Part shown: positions 34,501-46,011 of the stretch, one piece after another | How the letters are laid out: the number at the start of each line of letters is the position of its first letter | Position numbering within the stretch: position 1 is the first letter of the stretch | From: an uncultured delta proteobacterium | GTDB taxonomy: Bacteria; Desulfobacterota; Binatia; Bin18 | Direction: 5' to 3' | Assembly (NCBI GenBank): GCA_963733195.1 | Contig: CAVTCR010000003.1 | Location: 1-64,000 of the forward strand | DNA: 64,000 bases | The notes under the pieces: model-generated | The model's database searches: none | What the model was told of the DNA's origin: nothing | What the model saw: only the letters and a program-made list of their open reading frames with translations | Made by a program: the position numbers and the translations under genes

Positions 34501-35472
34501 ATGAAAGCGATGCGTGCGGCGCAATTCGGTGGACCGGAGTTATTGCGCTATGAAGATGCACCAGAACCGCAACTCAAAGACGGCCATGTCCTCATCCAGG
34601 TCAAAGCTACAGGCATCAACCCGGCAGACTTGGTGAGGCTCTCTGGTCGCTACCCACAAGCCCTATGGCTGCCCTACACTCCTGGCACCGATGTCTCGGG
34701 TATCGTTGAAGCTGTTGGCAACGGAGTCTCCCATGTCAAAGTCGGCGACCGGGTCTTTGGTCGTTCACTGAACGGTGGAGGCTATGCAGAGAAGGCGTTG
34801 ATACCTGCGAATGAAACGATTCCTCTACCCGCGAATCTGTCATTTGCCGAAGGAGCAGCGATCCCCGTGCCGTTCTACACTGCGTATGTCGCGCTGCATT
34901 ATAAAGCGGCACTCAAAGCCGGAGAAACCGTACTCGTTTCCGGTGGTGCTGGTGGCGTTGGTGTCGCCGCAATTCAACTAGCCAAGGTCGCCGGTGCACG
35001 CGTCATCACCACAGTGGGTTCGCAAGAGAAAGCAGCCAGGACGCGCGAGCTTGGTGCCGATGTCACAATCAATTACAGAGAACAAGATTTCGTCGCCGAA
35101 GTACAAAAGGAGACGAACGGTATCGGCGTAAATGTCATCATCGAAAATGTCGCCACAGACAACCTTGCCAAAGATTTTCCTGCGCTGGCCCGCTCTGGGC
35201 GAATCGTACTGATCGGTACTGGCACCGGGAAATCACCGGATGCAACGTTCGCAGTGACAGCAGCTTTGATGAAAGACGCAGTCATTTATGGCATGGTGCT
35301 GGGCAATTCTGTCGAACGGATTCCCGAGATGGCAAACACGCTAACGAAACTTTTTTCACAAGGAAAGATCAAAGCGCTCGTGAGTCGAACTTATCCGCTG
35401 CCAGAAGCACGCCAGGCACTGGCGGATTTATTGGCAGCAAAGGTAGTTGGCAAGTTGGTACTGACACCGTAA
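34501..35472 (+). CDS. NADPH:quinone reductase (MDR family)
   Basis: GINPAD, PGTDVSG, GGAGGVG, GKLVL. Confidence 0.9.
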   Translation: MKAMRAAQFGGPELLRYEDAPEPQLKDGHVLIQVKATGINPADLVRLSGRYPQALWLPYTPGTDVSGIVEAVGNGVSHVKVGDRVFGRSLNGGGYAEKALIPANETIPLPANLSFAEGAAIPVPFYTAYVALHYKAALKAGETVLVSGGAGGVGVAAIQLAKVAGARVITTVGSQEKAARTRELGADVTINYREQDFVAEVQKETNGIGVNVIIENVATDNLAKDFPALARSGRIVLIGTGTGKSPDATFAVTAALMKDAVIYGMVLGNSVERIPEMANTLTKLFSQGKIKALVSRTYPLPEARQALADLLAAKVVGKLVLTP

Positions 35473-35507
35473 GACTGGAGGGTGACTTCGGCAAAGGAGG
35501 TTTGTAT

Positions 35508-35990
35508 ATGGACTATAAAGTCAAAAAGTCAGACGAAGAATGGCGTGCGCAGCTTACACCCGCGCAGTACGCAGTAAGTCGACAAAAAGCCACCGAACGA
35601 CCATTTACTGGGGAGTATTATTTCAAAAACGAAGAGGGCACATATAAGTGTGTCTGTTGCGGTGCTGACCTGTTTACATCTGCAACCAAATTTGACGCCG
35701 GTTGTGGCTGGCCGAGCTTCTGGGAACCGCTCAAGGCAGAAAACATCCAGGAGGAAGTGGATGACAGCCACGGCATGAAGCGGGTTGAGGTCATGTGTAG
35801 TTCCTGTGGCGCCCACCTTGGCCATGTGTTTGAAGATGGCCCCGAGCCAACTGGGCTACGCTATTGCATCAATTCAGTGTCGTTAACGATGGAGAAAGAT
35901 GGAGAAATGATCGGATCGTGGACAAGGGGCGTCAGGCCCCTTGTCTTTTCGCTAAGGGCGAGATCTGCCCTGCTGAGCCGTACGCTTTAA
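35508..35990 (+). CDS. msrB: Methionine-R-sulfoxide reductase
   Basis: [34 protein letters not shown]. Confidence 0.95.
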   Translation: MDYKVKKSDEEWRAQLTPAQYAVSRQKATERPFTGEYYFKNEEGTYKCVCCGADLFTSATKFDAGCGWPSFWEPLKAENIQEEVDDSHGMKRVEVMCSSCGAHLGHVFEDGPEPTGLRYCINSVSLTMEKDGEMIGSWTRGVRPLVFSLRARSALLSRTL

Positions 35991-38900
35991 TCCCCAACCG
36001 GATCTTCTCCAACCCGTGACGAACCGGAACAGGCTGCCGTCGCCAACGTTCGGGCAACCTACGCATAAACGCTATCAGCCGTGCAACCCGCACTTCTAAG
36101 TCATCAAACAGTGAGTACGCAACCGGAGTCATCAAGAGTGTTAGTAACAAACACATACTCTGTCCACCGATGATGACCACAGCGATCCCACGATGACTTT
36201 CTGCCGCTGGTCCTTGTCCCAAAAGAACTGGGAACATGCCAGAAACCAAGGCAAGCGTCGTCATGAGAATCGGACGCAGACGTTCACGGTTGGCCGTAAG
36301 AATGGCCTCGTCTCGTGGCAATCCTTTCGCACGCAGATTGATGGTGTGATCAACTTGCAGAATCGCATTCTTTTTGACAATTCCAAACAGGAGAAGCACC
36401 CCAAGAATACTAAAGATCGCAAGAAATTGGTCAGTCAGCCACAACGAGAGCAGTGCAAACGGAATCGCCAACGGCAGTGCAAGCATAATTGTAATGGGGT
36501 GAAGAAAACTCTCAAATTGTGCAGCCAGAACCATGTACATGCCAATGATCGAAATCAAGAATGCCAGCTTGAAACTGCCCATCATCTCAGCAAACATCTT
36601 GCCCATGCCGGTCACACCGGTGGTGTAGCCGGGCGCCAAGCCCATTTTTTTTACTTCAGCATCAATGTCCGCCAATGCATCTCCCAACCCATGTCCTTTC
36701 GCCAGATTCGCAGTCAATGTGATCTGTCGTTGTCGCTCTTGTCTATCGATCTGGACAGGGCCAGTTCCAGGGACCATATTCACTAGGTTATCCAAGCGCA
36801 CTTGCCCAACCGTATCTGAGGGAATAGTCACTGCCTGAATTACCTCGGCGCGGTTTCGCGCCTCAGGCGTCAGCCGTAAGCGCACATCGTACAGCTCATC
36901 GCCTTCGCGGTAGGTAGTAATTTTATCTCCCGCCACCATTACGCGCAGAGTCGACGCAATATCAGCAGCTTCGATACCGAGGTCGGCAGCTTTACGACGG
37001 TCAATCTTCACTTGCAACTCTGGATTACCACCTTCGAAAGTCGAGTCGATGTCAACCAGGCCGGGTAATTTTCGTGCCCTCACTTTCAGCTCGTCAGCAT
37101 ACTTTTGTAGCACCGTGAGTTCCGGACCACGAAGATTGTAGGAAACATCAACGTTCTGCACACCGCCACCACTCACAGGCAGAATATTGTCGACACTTAC
37201 TCGCAGTTGTTTGAAGGCGTTTACCTTCTCACGCGCCAAGGCCATCACTTGCTGTTGGCTAATAGTCCGATGTTCATATTCTTCAAGTTTGACGATAATC
37301 GATGCCCGTGTCACAGTTTCCCCAACCGTACTACCGACCAACGACAATAGATGTGCCACTCCAGGGAGTGAACGAACCTCGTTCTCAATCTCGCGTGCGG
37401 CCGCATCCGTTTGAGTAAGTGCGTATCCAGGTGGGGCTTTAATGTTTATTTCAAATTCGCCGCGATCATCGTTTGCCATCATACTGGAACGAACATGTTT
37501 ACCAATCCACGGCGTTGAGGCAATGATGCCAATCACCACACAAACAATCACCCAGCGATGACGGAGTGACCACCGCAACATCGCCATATAGACACGGTCG
37601 ACGACTCCGTAGAATCGGGACTCACGCGAGGAGTGAGCATGCTCCGCCAGTTTTTTGGGTAAAAAGCGAGAACAGAGCATCGGGGTCAAAGTAAACGCCA
37701 CGAGCAGCGAGACCAAGATTGCGAAGGCCATAGTGAAGCCAAAGCTGCTGAGCCACATACCGATCGTGCCTTTGAGAAATCCGACCGGAATGAAAATCAC
37801 AATGAGAGAGAGTGTTGTCGCACTTACCGCCAAGCCGACCTCAGCTGTCGCTGCACGTGCTGCCTCGAACGCACTCATCCCCTTCTCTTCGACGTAGCGA
37901 TAGATGTTCTCCAGCACCACAATCGCATCATCGATAACGATACCAACCGCTAACGTAAGCCCGAGCAGCGTAATACGATTCAGTGAATATCCCGCTGCCG
38001 CCAGCAATGAGTAGGTCGCAATAATCGACACCGGAATAGACACAGCGGCAATCAACGTCGAGCGCAAGTTGCCGAGGAAACAGTAGACAATGATGCTCGC
38101 AAAGAGCGCACCCAACCAGAGATGCTTCTGGACTTCATTGACCGACTCACGGATGAAGTTCGATTGGTCACGCGTGATCAACACCTCTACGCCGGGAGGG
38201 AGGAGTTTTTGCACCTCGGTAAGACGTTCCCGCACAGCATCAACCGTGGCAACGGTGTTGGTGCCGGATTGCTTACGCAGGATCAGAGACACTGCATTTT
38301 TTCCATCGAAGCGTGCCACGGTACGCGGCTCCACGACTCCATCTTCTACGCGTCCGATGTCGGCGATGGTGATCGGCACTCCTTTGTTATTTGCAACCAC
38401 AATGTTTTCGAACTCACGCACTGAATCGATACGACCAAGCGTCCGCAGCACGGTTTCTCCGTCAGTCCGAGTGATACGCCCACCAGGGAACTCAACATTT
38501 TGTTTGTCCAGGGCAGTCGCAACGGTTTTGATAGAGAGCCCGTAGGCTTTCAGGCGTTCGGGATCAATCAGCACCTGAATCTCGCGTTTTTGCCCACCGA
38601 TAATCGAAATCGCGCCTACTCCGGAGATTGACTCCAGTGGTTCTTTCACCTTCTTCTCAGCGATCTCGGTCAACTCCTTGATACCCTGAAACCCCGAGAC
38701 CGTGAGCGTCAGCACAGGAGTGGCATCGACGTCGAACTTTTCAACCACTGGAGGGTCGGCATCTTCAGGAAGCTTCGCCAGAACGGTGCCGACCTTGTCA
38801 CGCACTTCCGCAGCCGCAACGGCGAGATTCTTCTCTAGCTTGAATTGGACAATAATCTGCGACAGTCCTTCACGAGTTACGGAGCGCAGCTCATCAATCC

Positions 38901-39126
38901 CACTTACCGTGTTGATCACTTCCTCGATCGGCTTGGTCACTTGTGCTTCCATCTCTTCAGGACCTGCGCCTGGAAGCGTAGTGGTGACGGTCACCACCGG
39001 CATGTCGACCTTCGGAAAGAGATCGAGTGTCAAACTCTTGTAGGAAAACCACCCGGCAACCACCAACGTACCAACCAACATGGTGGCAAACACTGGACGC
39101 CGCACACATACATCAGCGAGGATCAT
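35932..39126 (-). CDS. RND efflux permease (AcrB/MdtC family)
   Basis: [38 protein letters not shown]; 1064 aa. Confidence 0.95.
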   Translation of the reverse strand: MILADVCVRRPVFATMLVGTLVVAGWFSYKSLTLDLFPKVDMPVVTVTTTLPGAGPEEMEAQVTKPIEEVINTVSGIDELRSVTREGLSQIIVQFKLEKNLAVAAAEVRDKVGTVLAKLPEDADPPVVEKFDVDATPVLTLTVSGFQGIKELTEIAEKKVKEPLESISGVGAISIIGGQKREIQVLIDPERLKAYGLSIKTVATALDKQNVEFPGGRITRTDGETVLRTLGRIDSVREFENIVVANNKGVPITIADIGRVEDGVVEPRTVARFDGKNAVSLILRKQSGTNTVATVDAVRERLTEVQKLLPPGVEVLITRDQSNFIRESVNEVQKHLWLGALFASIIVYCFLGNLRSTLIAAVSIPVSIIATYSLLAAAGYSLNRITLLGLTLAVGIVIDDAIVVLENIYRYVEEKGMSAFEAARAATAEVGLAVSATTLSLIVIFIPVGFLKGTIGMWLSSFGFTMAFAILVSLLVAFTLTPMLCSRFLPKKLAEHAHSSRESRFYGVVDRVYMAMLRWSLRHRWVIVCVVIGIIASTPWIGKHVRSSMMANDDRGEFEINIKAPPGYALTQTDAAAREIENEVRSLPGVAHLLSLVGSTVGETVTRASIIVKLEEYEHRTISQQQVMALAREKVNAFKQLRVSVDNILPVSGGGVQNVDVSYNLRGPELTVLQKYADELKVRARKLPGLVDIDSTFEGGNPELQVKIDRRKAADLGIEAADIASTLRVMVAGDKITTYREGDELYDVRLRLTPEARNRAEVIQAVTIPSDTVGQVRLDNLVNMVPGTGPVQIDRQERQRQITLTANLAKGHGLGDALADIDAEVKKMGLAPGYTTGVTGMGKMFAEMMGSFKLAFLISIIGMYMVLAAQFESFLHPITIMLALPLAIPFALLSLWLTDQFLAIFSILGVLLLFGIVKKNAILQVDHTINLRAKGLPRDEAILTANRERLRPILMTTLALVSGMFPVLLGQGPAAESHRGIAVVIIGGQSMCLLLTLLMTPVAYSLFDDLEVRVARLIAFMRRLPERWRRQPVPVRHGLEKIRLGIKAYGSAGQISPLAKRQGA

Positions 39127-40278
39127 TTGGCCTCCGCGAGTTGAGGTTGGACGGTCATCCCGTCAGCTAAGCGATCGATCGCGGAGACTGCCACTTGTTC
39201 GGACTCCGCCAGCCCTTCGGCAATTTCAATGAAATTTCCTTCTTCGATGCCAGTTTTCACCTCACGAGAAGTGACCTTATTATCCTGAACGATAAAGACC
39301 CGTTCGACACCGGCATAACGGTAGACCCCGGAGCGAGGGATAAAGAGCACCGTTTCTTCCCCCATCACGCCAGTGACGTGAGCAAAGTACCCTGGACGCA
39401 GCTTCCCACTGGGGTTGGGAATCTCTGCCTCGACCAACAAACTGCGGGTCGCATGATCCACTCCAGCCGCGATGCGGGTGAGCTTGCCGTTAAACTTTTC
39501 TCCAGGCAGCGCATCGACCTCGACCTGCATTGACAAACCAATACGAGCCAGACGCGCATATCGTTCAGGGATAGGCGTCCGCAGTTTGAGTGGATGCACA
39601 TCAACTACTTCTAAGAGTTTCGTCCCAGCAGCCATGTACTCACCTGGATTGACGAAGCGCTGCTGGACAAAGCCATTCACTGGAGAGGTGATCCGCGTAT
39701 CCTTCAGCCGCTTTTGCGCTAGGGCGATTGCTTTCTCTGCCGAGCGAACGTTGGCTTCGGCAACTTTGAAGTCAGCCTCAGCGGCATCACGTCGTTGCGG
39801 AGGGATCAATTCCTCGGCTGCGAGTTGCTGCGCACGTTCGTAATCGCCTTTCGCGCGAATATGGTTTGCCTGTGCTTGTTTCAGCGCACTCTCCGCTGCG
39901 TCCACCTGTAATTCGAGTTCTTCCCGTTCGATCTGCACCAAAACCTGGCCGACTTTCACACGATCACCGAAGTCAACCACGATATTGCTCACATAGCCGG
40001 GCATCTTGGTCGCCAGCACCACACTCTCCTTAGCAAACAACGCACCTTGACCTTGCGCGGTTCGCTGGATCTTCTTCCACAGCGGTTTTGCCACTTGCAC
40101 TGTCAATCACTTGTGGTTCTGTTGGGAAGCTTGTTCAGATGCGGTTTCGCAGCCTCAACCTCTGAAGAAGAGCCCTTACAGCCAGTGAAGGCGAGCACAG
40201 ACTCACAGGCTTAAAAGAACGACGGTCGATCGCAGGTGACCGCATTGAAAGGGAAAGACGATTCCGAAAACAGCTCAC
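39123..40278 (-). CDS. RND membrane-fusion protein, probably a lipoprotein (5' part frameshifted)
   Basis: VDFGDRVKVGQVL, coiled-coil hairpin, LRPGYFA. An upstream frame contains a lipobox-like AFTGC. Confidence 0.85.
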
Positions 40279-40934
40279 GATAATTGCTCCTTGTAGCGAG
40301 GGTCCAAAACTCCATGAAAAAACAAATCTAACAACATGTTTGCGTCTTCGGCAGCGGTACGGCTGGTGAGTCCGAGGGTCCGTTGTTGAAAACACCCACG
40401 CATGGCTTCGTTCAGCGCAAAGGCTGACGCTTCGACATCATGGGCTCGCAGCACCCCGGCATCGACTCCTTCTTTAATGATGCTGGCGATAAAGTTAATG
40501 TAGCCGAGGTAGAGGTCAAGCATCTGAGCAGCTTCAGGATGGTTTGGAGCGGCGGCAAGAAAATTTCGCTCCAGCAGAAGCATCTTGAAGAAATCGCGTT
40601 GCGAATCGCTCAATTCCATGCTTGCTTCAACTAACCGGCACAGCTTCTCTAGGGGTTGAGTGACCTCTTCGACTTCCGCACGAATCTGATTGGTGAAGTT
40701 CACCATGCCCTGCTCGACCGCCGCCTTGAGCAGTTCTTCTTTGGTATGGAAGTAAAGATAGACAGTGCCTTTGGCGATTTTTGCTTCCTCAGCCACCCGA
40801 TCGATCGTTACCCCCTGAAATCCATGGCGAGCAACCACACGACGTACCGCTTCGAGGATTTCACGGACACGAAAGTCCCGGACTAACTCTTCTTTGCCGT
40901 TTGTGACTGAATTTCTAGTCATATGACTGACCAT
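40275..40934 (-). CDS. TetR/AcrR family regulator
   Basis: GFQGVTIDRVAEEAKIAKGTVYLYFHTKEEL. Confidence 0.93.
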   Translation of the reverse strand: MVSHMTRNSVTNGKEELVRDFRVREILEAVRRVVARHGFQGVTIDRVAEEAKIAKGTVYLYFHTKEELLKAAVEQGMVNFTNQIRAEVEEVTQPLEKLCRLVEASMELSDSQRDFFKMLLLERNFLAAAPNHPEAAQMLDLYLGYINFIASIIKEGVDAGVLRAHDVEASAFALNEAMRGCFQQRTLGLTSRTAAEDANMLLDLFFHGVLDPRYKEQLS

Positions 40935-40942
40935 ACAGTCAT
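40904..40942. promoter_or_regulatory. Tandem palindromic operators TGACTG-N6-YAGTCA (probable TetR auto-operator)
   Basis: tgactg-aatttc-tagtca (40904-40921) and atgactg-accata-cagtcat (40923-40942). A minus-strand TAGAAT lies at 40946-40941. Confidence 0.7.
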
Positions 40943-41291
40943 TCTAAAGACAAATTCAATCCTCGTTTTCGCAAAAAAGACTTATGTTGATCTACAGTTG
41001 AGATTATAGGGAGATTTGGGACAGCACAGTGACACGCCTTTGATGAATTACCATTTGCCTTCGACGATCTGTCGATGCTGTCGACGTATACAGCGCGAGC
41101 TCAATCTCTGAGAGGGTAGCAAGTGGGGAAACCTTAGGATGTCCGCGTACACAGGTATGATGAAGCTGAACCCACGAAAATCACGCTGACAGAGTGCGAG
41201 AATTCGCTTTCGTGGTGAGTATTGCTTCACTGTGCCAGGGTTGTCAGCAACCACCGAGTACGCCCTGTTCGCTGTTCTCCTACCGCCTTTT

Positions 41292-42716
41292 TCAGCCCTT
41301 GTTCTTCTGTTTCAGCAGATCTCCCAATGTCATCCCAAACCCACCGCCCTTCTGCGATCCCTTGATATAGGCTTGGGTTTCGGCTTGTTCTTCTTGGGCA
41401 AGCACCTTGGAACGCGAGAGCCGAATGCGTTTGCCGCCTTCTTCAATCGCTGCGACTACCACTTTCATTTCGGTCCCTGGGCCAAAATCCTTGCGATGAT
41501 CGGTGTTACGCGGGGTGCCCATTTCTGCGTTAGGGATCAATCCTATTTGTCCAGGGCCAATCCGCACAAACACGCCAAACGGCTCGACTCGCTCGACGGT
41601 ACCAGTGATGACTGCCCCTACCTCTGCGCCCTTGACTTCTTCACCCGCGGTTGCCCCTTCTGGTGCCAGAGCGAGGGAAATTCGCTTCTTCCTCGGGTCA
41701 ATACCAAGGACCATAATGGCGATCTCAGCGCCACCGGCTGCGGCTTCTTTCAGTTGGCCTTGTTGGCTGCGGGGAATTTCGCTCATGTGCAGCAGCCCAT
41801 CGACTCCAGGCAGCAGTTCAACAAACAAACCAAAGTCCGTCGCGCGAACGATTTTTCCCGTCACAATTTGTCGTTCGCGTAACTGCCCAGCCACAGTCGC
41901 CCAGGGGTCTCCCTCAAGAGCTTTCAAACTCAGAGTGATTCTCCCTTTTTGTTCATCAACTTTGAGGATTTTCACCGATACTTCTTGACCGATGCTCAGG
42001 CGATCCGCAGGTTTTCCCACGCGCGAATGCGACAGTTCCGATAAAGGAACAAGTCCTTGAATCCCCCCCAGATCAATGAACGCACCGAAGTCAGCCAGGG
42101 AAGCCACTTTGCCTTGCAGGATCGCATCAGGAACGATTCTCTTCCGTGTTTCTTCTGCTGCCTTAGCTGCTTGTTCCTCTAGTAATTGCCGTCGCGACAG
42201 GACAAGATTCCGCCCGTTTTCACCGTACCGTGTAACGCGGAACTCAAGCACTTGTCCAAGGAAGGCATCCGACGAAGCCACTCGACGCGTATCAATTTGG
42301 GAAAATGGACAAAAAGCACGAAGGCCTGCGACCGCCACTTCATATCCGCCTTTGATCACCCCTGCAACTCTCCCCTCGATCGGCAGACCGCTCTCTACCG
42401 CCGCCTCTAGCATCGCTCGAGCTTGGGCTCCTTTGAGTAATTTGCGCGAAAGGCGAATCTCTCCATCCGTTGAGAGCACGGTTGCTTCAATTTCGTCGCC
42501 AATCGCAACCTGTAGCGTCCCATCGTCGTTCTCTAACTCGGCGCGGTTCATCAGCGCCTCGCCCTTTCCTTGCACATCGACGAACACGCTATCTGCACCG
42601 ATCTGCAACACCCGTCCCTTCACTATCTGACCAGTCTGTAAGGTCGGGCCAGTTTTTTCACGGGCAAGTAGCGTGGCGAAATCTTCTTGATTTGCCACTC
42701 CCTGTTCTTCACTCAT
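41292..42716 (-). CDS. Ribosomal protein S1-like multi-S1-domain protein
   Basis: About 5 S1 repeats (AFCPFSQID, DFGAFIDLGGIQGLVPLSELS, DFGLFVELLPGVDGLLHMSEI, PFGVFV); ends GMTLGDLL. Confidence 0.85.
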   Translation of the reverse strand: MSEEQGVANQEDFATLLAREKTGPTLQTGQIVKGRVLQIGADSVFVDVQGKGEALMNRAELENDDGTLQVAIGDEIEATVLSTDGEIRLSRKLLKGAQARAMLEAAVESGLPIEGRVAGVIKGGYEVAVAGLRAFCPFSQIDTRRVASSDAFLGQVLEFRVTRYGENGRNLVLSRRQLLEEQAAKAAEETRKRIVPDAILQGKVASLADFGAFIDLGGIQGLVPLSELSHSRVGKPADRLSIGQEVSVKILKVDEQKGRITLSLKALEGDPWATVAGQLRERQIVTGKIVRATDFGLFVELLPGVDGLLHMSEIPRSQQGQLKEAAAGGAEIAIMVLGIDPRKKRISLALAPEGATAGEEVKGAEVGAVITGTVERVEPFGVFVRIGPGQIGLIPNAEMGTPRNTDHRKDFGPGTEMKVVVAAIEEGGKRIRLSRSKVLAQEEQAETQAYIKGSQKGGGFGMTLGDLLKQKNKG

Positions 42717-45700
42717 TGTTTTTTCCCTTTCTCATGCGTAAACCAACGGGTGTAACACGCACGAATCGCTTCCCGTTGTCGCTGATACTCAGCGAGGAGT
42801 CGGGCTGGCGCCTCCTCGCCTTCATATCCTAATCGGCGGGCAACAGAAAAGAGTTGCTCACCGCTGCTCTCCAACGCTTCGACAGGTTGGTCGCGTTCAA
42901 TCCGGAGACGGTTCTCTAGTGTCCGCAAAAACCGATACCCCTGAGTTAATAATTGAAAGTCCTCCGAAGGCAGTACCAGACTGGCCTGCAGCGCTTCAAG
43001 TGCTGGTAGCGTCGCCCGTTGTCGTATCGCTGGATACTGTGGGCCATAGCGCAATTGCAGCATTTGTACAAGGAACTCAATATCAACAATCCCACCACGA
43101 CCAGTCTTGATATTGAATCGTCCCTGTCCTTCTTGCGCGAGTTCTTGCTCCATACGGCCACGGAGGCGGTCAATTTCCGCCACTCCGGCAGAGTCAGTTC
43201 CCCCACTATACGCGAATCGCTCCAGTGCAGCTTCAATCTGGGGGTATAAGGCGGCATCACCAGCCACCATTCTTGCTTTAATCAGGGCCTGTCGCTCCCA
43301 CAATTGGGAGCTAGTTTCGTGATAACGCGTAAACGCTGCGAGTGAGGAGACAAGCGAGCCTGAGCGACCCGAAGGTCGCAGGCGAGTATCAATCTTGTAG
43401 ACGTATCCTTCGCGAGTCTGCACTTGGAGCACGGAAATCAGTCGTTGCGCTAACCGAGTGAAACACTCCTGTGCACCGAGCTGGCTAGTTTGGTCCTCTG
43501 CCGTTGGCTCATACAGAAAGATCAAGTCGAGGTCAGAATTATAGTTCAACTCCCCGGCTCCGAGCTTTCCCATGCCGATAATGGCTAGCCGTCCGGGAAG
43601 GACAGATAATTCAAGTTGTCGTAGGAGAGCAGTCTGCGCAATAGCAGAAGCCCCAACTAAACACGCTTCCGCCAACGCTGAGAGTTGGGCACTTGCTTCG
43701 GTGAAGTCGAGCAATCCATTACTATCATGAATACCGATACGTAAGAATTCCTCCGTCCGATAGCGCCGCAAGATGTCGAGCTGATCTTCGTATTCGTCCA
43801 CTTCTTCGAGGCGCGCATCAAGTTCAGTTTGCATTTCTTTGCGTGTCTTCTGTACGCGGACAAGGTCGGCCCGAACTAAGCTATCAAGTAACTCAGGGTG
43901 ACGGAGAAAAATCTGCGTCAGATACTCACTCGTCCCGAAGAGTCCAATCAACGTGCGCAACGTCGCGTCATTCTCACGGAGGAGCGAAAGAAAACTCGAC
44001 CGTGCACCAATAGACGCGATCAAATTCGCCATCGCCGCCAGCGCACGATCGGGATCGGCAGCACGGGACACTTCATGAAACAGTTTGGGAGCTAAAGCGT
44101 AGAGAAGCTTCCGTCGTTTCGGAGACGCCGGTGCATGAGGTGGTCCATCGTGGAGGAGCTTCAGGTGCTCGTAACTCTCCGGCAGATTACGAAAGCCAAG
44201 TTGTTGGAGATGCCACATCGCCCGCTCTTCCTGGCGTAACTCTTGCAAGAGAGACGGAATCCCCGGATCAAGCTCTTCCTGCGCTTCCTCAGGAGCATGA
44301 AACAACGAGTGAAATATCTGATGAACAGCATCGGTATGCGCATATAATACCGAGCGGAAGTGCGCAACTTCGTCTTTCTGAGGGTCAGGGGTCGGGGGTC
44401 GGAGGTCGGAGGTGTCTGAAAGTCCGGCGTCCGGCGTCCGGCGTCCGGCGTCGCCCGGAAGGTCCGCATTTTTTAAGCTTGATTTCTCTAATTCTGCATT
44501 CTGCATTCTGCCTGCCCCCTCCGTCGGGGGGCATTCTGCATTTTTTTCCAGGCGGAGCCGTCGCGCCAATGCTCGCAGTCCTTCCTCATCACTCGGGAGG
44601 GTATGCGTTTGCCGGTCCTGGACCACCTGCAGTTTATGCTCAACATGACGGAGAAAATGATACGCCTCACGAAGGACATCGCGGTCTGTTGCCGACAGAT
44701 ATTTCCCCTCAACTAAACGGTCGAGCGCAGGTAAAGTGCTCCGGTGACGAACATGCGGATCTTTCCCCGCATGAATTAGCTGGAGAGCTTGCGCGACAAA
44801 CTCAACTTCACGAATCCCGCCGCGGCCAAGTTTCACATTGAGCGCGGCACGGTCCCCGCTACGCAGTGCACGCTCAACACGGGCTTTCATCTCTTTAATG
44901 TCTTCAACCGTAGAAAAATCCAGATACCGACGAAACACAAACGGGGAGACCTCACGTAAGAATTGTTCGCCTAATGCAAGGCTCCCAGCAACGGGACGCG
45001 CCTTGAGGAGCGCTACACGTTCCCAGGTTTGCCCCCAGGATTCATAGTACAGCAGCGTATTAGGCAAGGAATTGACCATCGCACCATTCATACCATCCGG
45101 GCGAAGCCGTAAATCAACGCGAAATACACGGCCTCCGGCAACGAGATCACTTAAGGTTCGGGTCAGCCGTTGAGCCAGTTGGGTAAAAAAATTGCGTGGC
45201 TCAGTTTTTCCCTTGCTCCCACCAGTAGTCGGGCCGGCATCTTGTTCATATAAATAGATAAGGTCGATATCAGAACTGAAGTTCAGCTCCTCACCACCGA
45301 ATTTTCCCATGCCAAAGATAACAAAGCCGAGCGGACGGATCTGGCCGTTTTCCTCAACCACGGCCTCACCGTACTCCGCACGGAGGTGGGTACGCACATA
45401 TTCGTAAGCGATCTGGACAGCGGCTTCAGCCAGATGGCTCAGGTCTTGAACCGTATCCTCTAATGTCGCTTTTCCTAAAAGGTCCCGCGTCCCGATCCGA
45501 AGATACTCGCGGTTACGATACACCCGAAGACCACGAAGAAACTCTTCTTCTGAAAGGTCTAATGTAAGTTGCATCCGCAACGTCGCAAGATGATCTGCGA
45601 CCGACTTGACGGTGGAGGTATGATCCGAACAGAAAGCATCTTCCCACCCGGCTTCTTGATGCAAAAGCACGCCGGTCAGATGTTCACTCGCTCCGAGGAG

Positions 45701-45913
45701 AAACAAGAGGTCGTGGCAAAGCTGTGGAGAACCCACAACCTCAGCTCGTCCAATGCCATACTCAACCAAACGACTGAAATTCGCGGCAGCAAGGGAGGGA
45801 TCTGGAGCCGCTGCTACCCCAGCCAGGATGTTCTCCCAGTGAGTTTCAAGCAAGACGCGATGGGGAAGAAGGGAGTGGAGGATGACAGACGAAAGATCTG
45901 TAGCAACCGACAT
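42713..45913 (-). CDS. glnE: Bifunctional glutamine synthetase adenylyltransferase/deadenylylase
   Basis: Two NT domains: GMGKFGGEELNFSSDIDL..RVDLRLRPDG and GMGKLGAGELNYNSDLDL..IDTRLRPSG; KLGRGGIREVEF. Confidence 0.96.
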   Translation of the reverse strand: MSVATDLSSVILHSLLPHRVLLETHWENILAGVAAAPDPSLAAANFSRLVEYGIGRAEVVGSPQLCHDLLFLLGASEHLTGVLLHQEAGWEDAFCSDHTSTVKSVADHLATLRMQLTLDLSEEEFLRGLRVYRNREYLRIGTRDLLGKATLEDTVQDLSHLAEAAVQIAYEYVRTHLRAEYGEAVVEENGQIRPLGFVIFGMGKFGGEELNFSSDIDLIYLYEQDAGPTTGGSKGKTEPRNFFTQLAQRLTRTLSDLVAGGRVFRVDLRLRPDGMNGAMVNSLPNTLLYYESWGQTWERVALLKARPVAGSLALGEQFLREVSPFVFRRYLDFSTVEDIKEMKARVERALRSGDRAALNVKLGRGGIREVEFVAQALQLIHAGKDPHVRHRSTLPALDRLVEGKYLSATDRDVLREAYHFLRHVEHKLQVVQDRQTHTLPSDEEGLRALARRLRLEKNAECPPTEGAGRMQNAELEKSSLKNADLPGDAGRRTPDAGLSDTSDLRPPTPDPQKDEVAHFRSVLYAHTDAVHQIFHSLFHAPEEAQEELDPGIPSLLQELRQEERAMWHLQQLGFRNLPESYEHLKLLHDGPPHAPASPKRRKLLYALAPKLFHEVSRAADPDRALAAMANLIASIGARSSFLSLLRENDATLRTLIGLFGTSEYLTQIFLRHPELLDSLVRADLVRVQKTRKEMQTELDARLEEVDEYEDQLDILRRYRTEEFLRIGIHDSNGLLDFTEASAQLSALAEACLVGASAIAQTALLRQLELSVLPGRLAIIGMGKLGAGELNYNSDLDLIFLYEPTAEDQTSQLGAQECFTRLAQRLISVLQVQTREGYVYKIDTRLRPSGRSGSLVSSLAAFTRYHETSSQLWERQALIKARMVAGDAALYPQIEAALERFAYSGGTDSAGVAEIDRLRGRMEQELAQEGQGRFNIKTGRGGIVDIEFLVQMLQLRYGPQYPAIRQRATLPALEALQASLVLPSEDFQLLTQGYRFLRTLENRLRIERDQPVEALESSGEQLFSVARRLGYEGEEAPARLLAEYQRQREAIRACYTRWFTHEKGKKQ
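44380..44547. repeat. Heptamer repeat mosaic inserted in frame in glnE
   Basis: (ggtcggr)n, (gtccggc)x4 and (ttctgca)n, with a nested hairpin gcccc-ctccgtcgg-ggggc. Confidence 0.85.
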
Positions 45914-45917
45914 AGAG

Positions 45918-46000
45918 GTGAGGCTAGAGGCTAGAGACTAAAGGCTAGCAAAAATGGCTCATTCCCACATTCCTCCAAGCCCCAAGCCCTCAGTCTCTAC
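45918..46000. repeat. Inverted heptamer arrays
   Basis: (gaggcta)n followed by ccaagcc/ctcagtc units. Confidence 0.65.
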
Positions 46001-46011
46001 CTTCATCATAT

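Noticed and set aside
35890-36060. msrB/RND 3' overlap as a functional antisense feature
   Set aside because: Both tails are unconserved-looking and may result from an indel removing the true stop codons.
41048-41254. 68-aa ORF or structured RNA between the S1-like gene and tetR
   Set aside because: No recognisable motif, RBS or RNA family signature.
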